A stretch of 62,384 bases of DNA. It comes from Chloroflexota bacterium (GTDB taxonomy: Bacteria > Chloroflexota > Dehalococcoidia > UBA2979). The position numbers and the translations under genes were made by a program. The stretch is from assembly GCA_027592645.1 (NCBI GenBank), contig JAQCKI010000002.1:1-62384 (forward strand), given 5' to 3'. This document shows, one piece after another, positions 42,301-49,071 of the stretch (position 1 is its first letter; the number at the start of each line of letters is the position of its first letter). The notes beneath the pieces were generated by a model, which searched no databases, was not told the DNA's origin, and saw only the letters and a list, made by a program, of their open reading frames with translations.

Positions 42301-45300
42301 CGTCGTCGTGATCGTCGTCGCTGCGCTCGCCACCAGCGGGCTGGCCGAGATGGTCAAGGCGGTGACGGAAGTGCCGGGGATCGCCACCAGCGTCCCGGTC
42401 GAGGTCTGCGCGCGCACCTGGTCCGCGCTCGTGGTCGTACGCATGACCACATTGGTGCGTGCAGGCTGAGCCGCCGGGTTGGTGGCGCCCGTCACCGTGA
42501 AGGTGACGACCGATTGGGGGGAAACCGAAACACCCGCGTTCAGTGTCACCGTGAGCGTCCCCGCGGTGAAGGCCGCGCTGTTCGCCAGGGCACTGGGTGA
42601 GGTGAACGTCGCGGTGGGCGTACCCGGCCACGTGAAGCCCGGCATCTCCACCACGATCCTGCCACCCGCAGGGATCGCGACCGGCGTACTGAACGACACC
42701 GTCGCCGTGACGGCGGTTGCACTCGCCGTGGTGTTGCTCAGCGTGATGATTGGATTGAGGAGCGCGCCCGTGTAGGTGTAGGTCACGTCCGAGTTGCTCG
42801 CCACGCCGCCCACGGTCACCACCACGGGGAACGCACCGGTCACGCTGCGAGGCGGCACGGTCGCCTGAATGATCGTTGAACTGACCCAGGTCACGCTGGG
42901 CGCGGCGAATCCGCCAACGGTCACGGAGGTGATGCCGGCCGTCGACGTGCCGAATCCGGTCCCGGCAATCGTCACGACCGTGCTGGTACCGAAGACGCCC
43001 CCTGGCCCGGACGCCGGCGTGACGGCGGTCACTGTGACCGCCGACCCGAACGTGATTCCCGCCGAGGAGGCTACGGGGATCGTGTCCCTCGACGTGGCGA
43101 CCGTGAGGCCGTCCGCCGGGATGGTCCGGGCGGACGGGTTCGTCGCGGGGAAGGTGAAGGAGGCTTCTGTACCCCCATTCACCGACTGGTCAGGACTCAG
43201 GCTGATGACCACCGTGTCGGTGGCATCCGCGGCGACGGAACCCGCCATCCCGCTGGTCAGGCGAGTGATACCCCTACCGGCGGTGGCCACGAACGCCCCC
43301 GTGAACGTGTAGCCCGCCAATTTGACCCGGATCGTCTCATTCCCTAACAGCTCCGTCGTCGGCGTGAACCTCACCGTCATCGTCGTCGCGGCGCCCGGGG
43401 TCAGCGAGCTCGAGGTGATGCTGACGTGCCTGACCGCGGTGCCGCTGATCACGATGTCGGCGCTGGACGCCACCGGGAGGCTCGTGCCGAGATCGGCGTG
43501 ACTGATGTGGACCGTCATGCCGGCCTTGAGGATCGTCTTTGCGGCCGGATTGGTCACCGGGAAGCGCAGGGTGATGGGTGTGCCCGCCGGCAGCGCTGCC
43601 GTCCCCGTCGTCACGATCACGACGTTGGAGGTCAGCCCGGTCTGGGCGACCGTGGTGGTGCCAGAGCCAGCGACAAACGAGGCCAGTGGCACCGTCGAGA
43701 GTGCGAAGTCGGCGGGGAGTCGAACCATGATTCGCCCACCCGCGGGCAGCGGCTGGTCCAGCGTGAACCGCACGTTCAGGTTCGTGTTGGCCGTGGGGGC
43801 GGGGGACGTGACGGTGTAGAACACGTCGCGCACCGTCGGCAGGACGCCCCGCAGCGTGACCGTGTAGTCCGTCGAGCCGTTCGCGTCAGCGGCACGGACG
43901 GTGACGACCGTACCGGTAGCCAGCGGCGTGACGTTCGGCTCGTACGGGGTGGTACCGCGAAGGTAGGTGAGGTCGCCGCGCTCCGCCTCCGCGGCGACGA
44001 AGTAGCGCTTGCCGGCCGGCACATCCACGGTGTAAGCCGTCTGGCCGTCCACGAGCGGTACGTTGATCAACTGGGCGAGACTCGTGAAGTCCTCGGGGCC
44101 CACGAGCAGTGACGTGAGTTTCGGCCCGGGCGGCGGCGTGATCACCACGTCCGCCAGGGCAGCGCCCGGCGTCGTATCACGCGTCGTCCTGACTGTGATG
44201 GCCGCGCTTGCGATCGTGCGTGCGGTCGGGTTGGGGATGACGAGCGTGAGGCGCCCCGTCTGCGAGGCGTCCAGCGACGCGTCCCGCAGGACGAATTCAA
44301 TCGTGTCCGGGGCGATCCGGTGGATCTCCTGGTATGAGCGAAGCGCCGAACCCCCAACGACGAAGTCCCCACCGAGGGCCGGAGCGCCTGTCTGGCTACC
44401 GAACGCGAAGAAGTTGTAGCCGGTCACCGTCAAGTAGATCCGATTGCCGCTGGTGAGCGCGCCGGTGGCAGATGTCGTGAACTCCAGCGTCCAGATCGCC
44501 AGGGCGCCCGCCCGGTAGTTGTTGGCCGTGAACGAAACGCTGCTCACCTGGTTCGGGCGGACGCACTGGCTCTCGCTCGTCGCGCCGGGCGCGTTGGTCG
44601 TTGTGCCCGTGGGGCAGGCCGTCGCGGTCGTCGCACCCGCAACGGCAACGAAGAAGTTCACCGGCGCGTCTACGCAGGAGGCCGAGCCGGACGTGTTGTT
44701 GTACGTCCCAGGGGCGCACGGCGTCGCACTGGTGCCGCCGATGACGTTGACGTACGAACCTGGCGGTGCCGGCTGGCAGGGCGTGAAGCCCGTGGCGCTG
44801 AACGTGCCGACCGGGCACAGGGTCGGCGCAGGCGCGAAGATCGGGGGCGCCGGTGGCGCGGTGAAGGTGATCGTGAACGTGGGCGCGGCGACGATGAGCG
44901 CAGCGCCAGTCACGGCCGTCGCCGGGACGGTCACGGTGATCGTCTCGTTCGCGGTGATGTTGTAGCCGGCGAAGGCCGGCAGCGTGACCGTGACCACGGT
45001 GCCGCTGGTGCGCACCACCGTGCCGACGGCGAGGCCGGCCTGCACCACGGCGTTCCAGCCGGCGCCCTCCGCACCGGCCGAGGTGATGCCGTTGATGATG
45101 TTCTGGCGCTGCCCGTCAAAGACGCCGCCAGCGGCGACCCAGGTGTCGTTGGTCAACGTGATGATGATCGTCCCGCCGTCCGCCACGATGGCGGCCTCGG
45201 TGTTCGCGCCGGCCTGAATCGTGCCGGTGATCGCCGCGGAAACCGGAAGTGCCGCCACGATCGTGAGCGTCGGCGCCGCCGTCAGCGCGCCCGCGCTGGC

Positions 45301-46296
45301 GATCGCCGTCGCGGGGACGGTCACGGTGATCGTCTCGTCCGCGGTGATGTCGTAGCCCGCGATCGCCGGCAGAGTGACGGTGACCACGGTGGCGCTGGTG
45401 CGGACCACGGTGCCCACGGCCAGCGTGTCGCGCACGGTGGTGTTCCAGCCGGTGCCTTCGGCCTGCGCCGAGGTGATGCCGTTGATGATGTTCTGTCGCT
45501 GCGCCGCGAACGTGCCGTCGTCCGGCACCCAGGTGTCGTTCGTCAGCGTGATGATGATCGTCCCGCCGCCCGCGACGATCGCGGCCTCGGTGTTCGCGCC
45601 GGCCTGAATCGTGCCGGTGATCGCCGCGGAAGCGGCCAGGATGTTGAACGTGGGCGCGGCAACGATGGGGTTGCCGCCGGTCACCGCCGTGCCGGGCACG
45701 GTCACCGTGACCGTCTCGTTCGCGGTGATGTTGTACGTCGCGAACGCCGGGAGCGTGACCGTGACGACCGTCGCACTGGTGCGAACCACGTTGCCGACGA
45801 CCAGCCCGGCCCGTACCACGGCGTTCCAGCCCGTGCCCTCGGCCTGCGCGGAGGAGATGCCGTTGATGATGTTCTGCCGCTGCGCCGCGAAAGTGCCGTC
45901 GTCCGCCACCCAGGTGTCGTTCGTCAGCGTGATGATGATCGTCCCGCCGCCCGCGACGATGTGGCCCTCGGTGTTATTGCCGGCCTGGATCGTGCCGGTG
46001 ATCGCCGCCGTCGCGGCGGCGGCGACGATGTCGAAGGCCGCGCTGGTGCCCTGCGCCTGGCCTGTGGCGTCCACGGTTACGGTGAGGCCAGCGGCGGGCG
46101 CGCCGGGGTTCACCAGCTCAGCGGTGGCGTTGATCGGAATGTTGAGTATGGCGAGCGATGTCTGAATCCCGTCGATCGTGAACGTCACCGTGCGCGCAGC
46201 GGCGTTCCCCGTAACGGTCGGCGGGAGTGCGAAGACCGTCGTGTCAAACCCGGTCAGGGCGCCGGCCTGGACCGTCCAGCCGGCGGGGAACGTCAC
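39382..46296 (-). CDS. Giant (2,304-codon) repeat-rich cell-surface protein body: tandem beta-sandwich repeats, Cys-rich module, IPT/TIG and bacterial Ig-like domains, C-terminal LysM
   Basis: Longest ORF in the window, with a Thr/Ala/Val/Gly-rich beta-strand composition. Two IPT/TIG-like segments (ITSVTVGGFAAPSVTW.SSTIIQA.VP...VVVTVGG). Ig-like repeats (QQPTVRVVNASGATV...ATFAGCRISAADTYTLTA). The last 46 aa, HTVAPGETLSAIGVRYGIPWMSIAEANGI...LVLTIPQ, form a LysM motif. The annotated first codon is an internal GTG and no signal peptide occurs in this ORF. Confidence 0.85.
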   Translation of the reverse strand: MTFPAGWTVQAGALTGFDTTVFALPPTVTGNAAARTVTFTIDGIQTSLAILNIPINATAELVNPGAPAAGLTVTVDATGQAQGTSAAFDIVAAAATAAITGTIQAGNNTEGHIVAGGGTIIITLTNDTWVADDGTFAAQRQNIINGISSAQAEGTGWNAVVRAGLVVGNVVRTSATVVTVTLPAFATYNITANETVTVTVPGTAVTGGNPIVAAPTFNILAASAAITGTIQAGANTEAAIVAGGGTIIITLTNDTWVPDDGTFAAQRQNIINGITSAQAEGTGWNTTVRDTLAVGTVVRTSATVVTVTLPAIAGYDITADETITVTVPATAIASAGALTAAPTLTIVAALPVSAAITGTIQAGANTEAAIVADGGTIIITLTNDTWVAAGGVFDGQRQNIINGITSAGAEGAGWNAVVQAGLAVGTVVRTSGTVVTVTLPAFAGYNITANETITVTVPATAVTGAALIVAAPTFTITFTAPPAPPIFAPAPTLCPVGTFSATGFTPCQPAPPGSYVNVIGGTSATPCAPGTYNNTSGSASCVDAPVNFFVAVAGATTATACPTGTTTNAPGATSESQCVRPNQVSSVSFTANNYRAGALAIWTLEFTTSATGALTSGNRIYLTVTGYNFFAFGSQTGAPALGGDFVVGGSALRSYQEIHRIAPDTIEFVLRDASLDASQTGRLTLVIPNPTARTIASAAITVRTTRDTTPGAALADVVITPPPGPKLTSLLVGPEDFTSLAQLINVPLVDGQTAYTVDVPAGKRYFVAAEAERGDLTYLRGTTPYEPNVTPLATGTVVTVRAADANGSTDYTVTLRGVLPTVRDVFYTVTSPAPTANTNLNVRFTLDQPLPAGGRIMVRLPADFALSTVPLASFVAGSGTTTVAQTGLTSNVVIVTTGTAALPAGTPITLRFPVTNPAAKTILKAGMTVHISHADLGTSLPVASSADIVISGTAVRHVSITSSSLTPGAATTMTVRFTPTTELLGNETIRVKLAGYTFTGAFVATAGRGITRLTSGMAGSVAADATDTVVISLSPDQSVNGGTEASFTFPATNPSARTIPADGLTVATSRDTIPVASSAGITFGSAVTVTAVTPASGPGGVFGTSTVVTIAGTGFGTSTAGITSVTVGGFAAPSVTWVSSTIIQATVPPRSVTGAFPVVVTVGGVASNSDVTYTYTGALLNPIITLSNTTASATAVTATVSFSTPVAIPAGGRIVVEMPGFTWPGTPTATFTSPSALANSAAFTAGTLTVTLNAGVSVSPQSVVTFTVTGATNPAAQPARTNVVMRTTTSADQVRAQTSTGTLVAIPGTSVTALTISASPLVASAATTITTTFRATTALVAADTITVKMTGYTFPEGSVAVAAGTGITGTLTGTVTADARDTVVIRGGAVVAGTSARLTFLATNPGAGTIATSALTVHTSKDTTPVDSSAGFTLTAAGPRVTAVTPAFGPSGTGTVVSITGSGFGTSTASITSVTVGGFAAPSVTWLSSTIIQAIVPARIVTGALPVVVTVGGVASNSDVTYTYTGALLNAAVTLSSTVPSATAVTATVAFVTPVAIPSGGKIVVEMPGFTWPAAPTATFTSSSALANSAAFTAGTLTVTLNAGVPADSAVTFTVTGATNPAAQPARTNVVMRTTTSADVVVAQTSTGTMPAIATAVNRLVIDAPSFASVGVAFAQQPTVRVVNASGATVGAATDTVTLTKVSGSGSLTCTSTSVAAVAGAATFAGCRISAADTYTLTASATGITSASHTITVQRAVTATKLTITSVVPTTLRVGEKFTLTVAAQDATGATNPNQMGSVTLASSTPSAFKGLLEAPFVSGVATFSGLSFSTASAAGYEITAGHGALTSARSPSIPVTADNVATQLVFTQQPAHEASGVAFTTQPRLEFRNAANQVVTSVTSPVTLSLSKSGDTTTSLITTATSTTAAGVATFAGVNVTGADANLVLNATAAVGGVQLTATSGPFTVHATEAAATTLRLNRDLSVLSSESLRRDLQTTLKNEISMSLRVSSTRITVASITAGITQEIASGVATGQAAQVNEAGEPVISFGAVDIDAFAEANPAPAGTSLLFGFAFIGRDSAGLDLATAPGSMAFDFTLPAGRVLAGTPSGDLQFVRWTGTEWVLVPTQVTANEDGSYDVSASTTSFDVIALMFAPGLGAITGFNGYSSAGHALAVFGGGPANLLARAAELRGATGVWLQRFDGLFRVLRVNGPAFLLDQFLGDFGLELAANTPVTLAQARPATVSTGTPPPAAASSGTTHTVAPGETLSAIGVRYGIPWMSIAEANGIAGPSYAIRDGLVLTIPQ
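41330..43400 (-). repeat. About 1.05-kb tandem duplication inside the giant gene (unit = IPT/TIG domain + two beta-sandwich modules)
   Basis: The stretch around 41330-41970 recurs around 42380-43020 at an offset of 1041-1047 nt. For example, 41710-41781 (72 nt) is identical to 42757-42828. Confidence 0.85.
44860..46002 (-). repeat. Three tandem coding repeats of 381/390/~372 nt (127-130 aa units starting ITGTIQAG)
   Basis: Units start at 46002, 45621 and 45231 on the minus strand. The 18-mer GCCGTTGATGATGTTCTG recurs at 45088, 45478 and 45859. Confidence 0.9.
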
Positions 46297-46344
46297 GACA
46301 ATGGTCTCCCCGTTGTTGAGGTCAGCATCGAGGGTGATGTCCAG

Positions 46345-46512
46345 TTAACCGGCGGTCTGGACGCTCACGGTGTTGTCAGTCAGGGTGAAGACGACCCCGA
46401 CCGCGGCCTCCGCCCGCCCGAGCGGACTCAGCGCCAGCAGGGTGAACATGAGGAGCGCCGCGGCCACGCGCCACGGGCGCAGCCAGCCAGAGATGGCCTG
46501 GTGAGAGATCAT
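46345..46512 (-). CDS. Signal-peptide-encoding 5' fragment, in frame with the giant ORF but closed by TAA at 46345-46347
   Basis: ATG at 46512. The sequence MISHQAISGWLRPWRVAAALLMFTLLALSPLGRAEA/AVGVVFTLTDNTVSVQTAG has n-, h- and AxA regions. It is in the same reading frame as 39382..46296 (46539-46296 = 243 nt). Confidence 0.6.
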   Translation of the reverse strand: MISHQAISGWLRPWRVAAALLMFTLLALSPLGRAEAAVGVVFTLTDNTVSVQTAG

Positions 46513-46550
46513 GATTCGTACCTGCCGCACTTGCCGCACGAATAAGTGAA

Positions 46551-46577
46551 GCGCCCACTCGTGCTCCGAGTGGGCGC
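46551..46577 (-). terminator. Perfect 11-bp hairpin 38 nt upstream of the giant-gene ATG (terminator of the upstream gene or 5'-terminal mRNA stem-loop)
   Basis: The minus strand reads GCGCCCACTCG-GAGCA-CGAGTGGGCGC followed by TTCACTTATTCG. Confidence 0.45.
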
Positions 46578-46581
46578 AGGT

Positions 46582-46610
46582 ACAGTACGTTCCGGAACCT
46601 TCCCTCGCAA
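46582..46610 (-). promoter_or_regulatory. Candidate sigma-70-type promoter for the giant gene
   Basis: On the minus strand, TTGCGA (46610-46605), then a 17-nt spacer, then TACTGT (46587-46582). The predicted start falls at the first bases of the hairpin. Pattern match only. Confidence 0.3.
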
Positions 46611-46720
46611 ACGCGCGAATCTGACGGTTTGGCGCGGCCGCCGTCGGTCACCCGTCGCACACGCGACGCCCCTGGCCGATCACCCGGCGACTCGCAGATT
46701 CCACCACGAACGCAGGCCGA

Positions 46721-48997
46721 TCAGGCGGGCTTCAACTCCAGGCTGTGCTCCGCGGACGCCAGGATGTCCGCCCACCGCGTGTAGAGCGGGTGGTACTCCA
46801 CGTTGAGCCAGTGCTCGAGCTGATCGGCGTAGTGCGGCGAGCCCGGCTGCCCTGAGTTGCCCGGCGGGATGCAGATCTTCATGCCGTTGAGATCGGCCAG
46901 ATCGATGATCTGGCGGTACGTCACACCATGCGTGGATGCCGCTCCGCGCTCCGTCTGCGTTGCAAACGGCGTCATGCCGTCGCCCCCCGCCTCGTACAGC
47001 CCGAGGTTGACCGTGGCGGCGAGCGCCTCGTCGCGGCCGAGGTTGTGCGCCCACAGCACCTGGTGCTCCGCGCCCCATCGCCACACGGCGGGGTCGCCGC
47101 CGTGCCGCTCCACGATCACCCTCGATGCCTCCGCCATCGCCTCGGCGATCGCGACGTTCCAACTCGCTGCGCCCATCAGCATCAGCGGACGGCCCGCCGT
47201 CAGTTGTTCGTAGAGGATGCGGTACTCCTCGGCGGAGGTGGAGGCGGCCACGTTCGGAACCTGCGCGTAGTAGGCCCGCACGGTACGGGCGATCAGCGCA
47301 TCGCAGATGTTGGCGTAGGCGACGGGAATCGCGCTGTCGACATCGAGCCTGCCATCCCACCCCTCGAGGAGCCCGCGGAGGCGCTTCGCGCCAGCATCGG
47401 CGACCTCGACGCCGGCAAAGCGCCGGCCGAGGTCGCGCGCGTGGATGCTGGTCTGGTCGCCCTGCAGCAGCCGCATCGTGTCCGCATCGAACGTTTCGAC
47501 CTCATCGAGCAGTTCGCGCAGGCGGTCGGCGCGCCATCGCGACGAGGTGAACGACAGGTAGTGCGGGTAGTCGGGCCCGATCGTGCGGTTGTTCGCCGTG
47601 AGGATCACACCGCCGGGCGGGTTCTCATCGAACGGCAGTTCATCCTTCGGGATGTCGCCGTCCCACTCGTGCTTCCCGTCCCAGCCCGGCACCGGCAGCA
47701 CCCACCCGGGCCGCTTCGGCAACCGTCCCGAGTACTGGTAGCCGATGTCTCCGGAGGGCCCGGCGAAGCAGAAATTGCCGGAGACGGAGTCGTACTTGCG
47801 GAAGCCCTCGCGCGCGTCCTCGAACGTGCGGGCGCGGAGAACGGCGAGCAGCGCATCGGTGTCGTGCGCAGGCGCCTCCAACCCCCAGTGTGCCGCGATC
47901 ACCTCGTCGTCGCGCGTGGGGTCGCCAGAGATCACCGGGCCGTGGCGCGTCAGCCACACCGTGCGCGTGACCGGCTCTCTGCCGCGCACCTCGAACATCT
48001 CGTCGAGCCGTGTGAGCGGCGCCCACGCATCCTCGAAGAGCGCCTCCGGGCCGGCCGCGCCCTGACGGATGCGCTCGCGGTACAGATCCCACCGGTCGCC
48101 CTGCGCGTGGGTCATCGTCCACGCGACGTGGCCGTTGTGGCCGTAGAACACCGGGCCCGGGTAACACGGGTTGCACGGCCCCGCAGCAACGAACTCCGGG
48201 CACTCCATGTGCACCACGTACCACTGCGCGGGCACGGAGATCGCCAGGTGCGGGTCGCCGATCACCATCGGGTGTCCGCTCGCCGTCCGCGAGCCGTGCA
48301 CCACCCAGCAGTTCGACCCGCCGCCCGAGGGGATCGGCCCGTCCGGCTCGCCCATCGCCGACTCCGGGTCGGCCAGGAAGGGGTGTGTCTCCTCGGTCCA
48401 CCGCGCCCCCGCGGGGACGATGAGCGCGGCATCCCGCGGTACGTCCGGGATGAGCGCACGCACCGCCTCGATGCCGAGGCGTGCCGCCACCTGTCCGAAC
48501 TTCAGTTTGCTGGCCCACTGCGCGTTGACGTTGATCATCTTCACGACCGCCAGCGAGTCGACCGGCGACCACGGCGCCATCTCCAGACCCAGGACGCGGT
48601 GTTCCCACGAACGCGGCTGCGTCGCGATTGCGGCGTTGATGCCGTCGGCATACGCCTGCAAGACCGTGCGCGACTCGTCCGTCTGCTGCTCCCACTCCAC
48701 CTCGGCCAGCCGCCCGAAGCCCAGCCGCCGGTTCTGGATGTCACGGCTCAGCAGCCCGGCGTTCAACATCGCCGCGGAGGTGCCCCGCGCCATGCGGCGG
48801 TAGAGGTCGATCTGGAACGCGCGGTCCTGCGCGATACAGAACCCCTGCGCGAAGAACGCGTCGCGCATGCTCTCCGCCTTGATGTGCGGGATGCCCCAAC
48901 GGTCGCGGACGATGCGCACCGGCGCATCGAGTCCCGCGACGGTCGTTTCGCCCTCGGTGATCGCGAGGCAGTCCGCAGGGCTGATGGTGGTCGTCAT
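46721..48997 (-). CDS. Penicillin acylase (penicillin amidase / AHL-acylase) family Ntn-hydrolase, no signal peptide
   Basis: ORF 46721..49150 trimmed to the ATG at 48997 (MTTTISPADCLAITEG). DRWGIPHI is the alpha-subunit motif. GGGSNCWVV corresponds to the SN.W nucleophile Ser at the beta-subunit N-terminus. 758 aa. Confidence 0.9.
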   Translation of the reverse strand: MTTTISPADCLAITEGETTVAGLDAPVRIVRDRWGIPHIKAESMRDAFFAQGFCIAQDRAFQIDLYRRMARGTSAAMLNAGLLSRDIQNRRLGFGRLAEVEWEQQTDESRTVLQAYADGINAAIATQPRSWEHRVLGLEMAPWSPVDSLAVVKMINVNAQWASKLKFGQVAARLGIEAVRALIPDVPRDAALIVPAGARWTEETHPFLADPESAMGEPDGPIPSGGGSNCWVVHGSRTASGHPMVIGDPHLAISVPAQWYVVHMECPEFVAAGPCNPCYPGPVFYGHNGHVAWTMTHAQGDRWDLYRERIRQGAAGPEALFEDAWAPLTRLDEMFEVRGREPVTRTVWLTRHGPVISGDPTRDDEVIAAHWGLEAPAHDTDALLAVLRARTFEDAREGFRKYDSVSGNFCFAGPSGDIGYQYSGRLPKRPGWVLPVPGWDGKHEWDGDIPKDELPFDENPPGGVILTANNRTIGPDYPHYLSFTSSRWRADRLRELLDEVETFDADTMRLLQGDQTSIHARDLGRRFAGVEVADAGAKRLRGLLEGWDGRLDVDSAIPVAYANICDALIARTVRAYYAQVPNVAASTSAEEYRILYEQLTAGRPLMLMGAASWNVAIAEAMAEASRVIVERHGGDPAVWRWGAEHQVLWAHNLGRDEALAATVNLGLYEAGGDGMTPFATQTERGAASTHGVTYRQIIDLADLNGMKICIPPGNSGQPGSPHYADQLEHWLNVEYHPLYTRWADILASAEHSLELKPA

Positions 48998-49071
48998 GGC
49001 GCGCTCCCTTCCCACCCGTGCGTACTGACCGCGGGTCGGGAGCCCGTTATACCACCCGCGTATAGCGCGCG

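Noticed and set aside
39382-46539. Diversity-generating retroelement or NRPS/PKS explanation for the giant repetitive gene
   Set aside because: No reverse transcriptase, template repeat or adenylation/ketosynthase motifs are anywhere in the window. The repeats are structural beta-sandwich domains.
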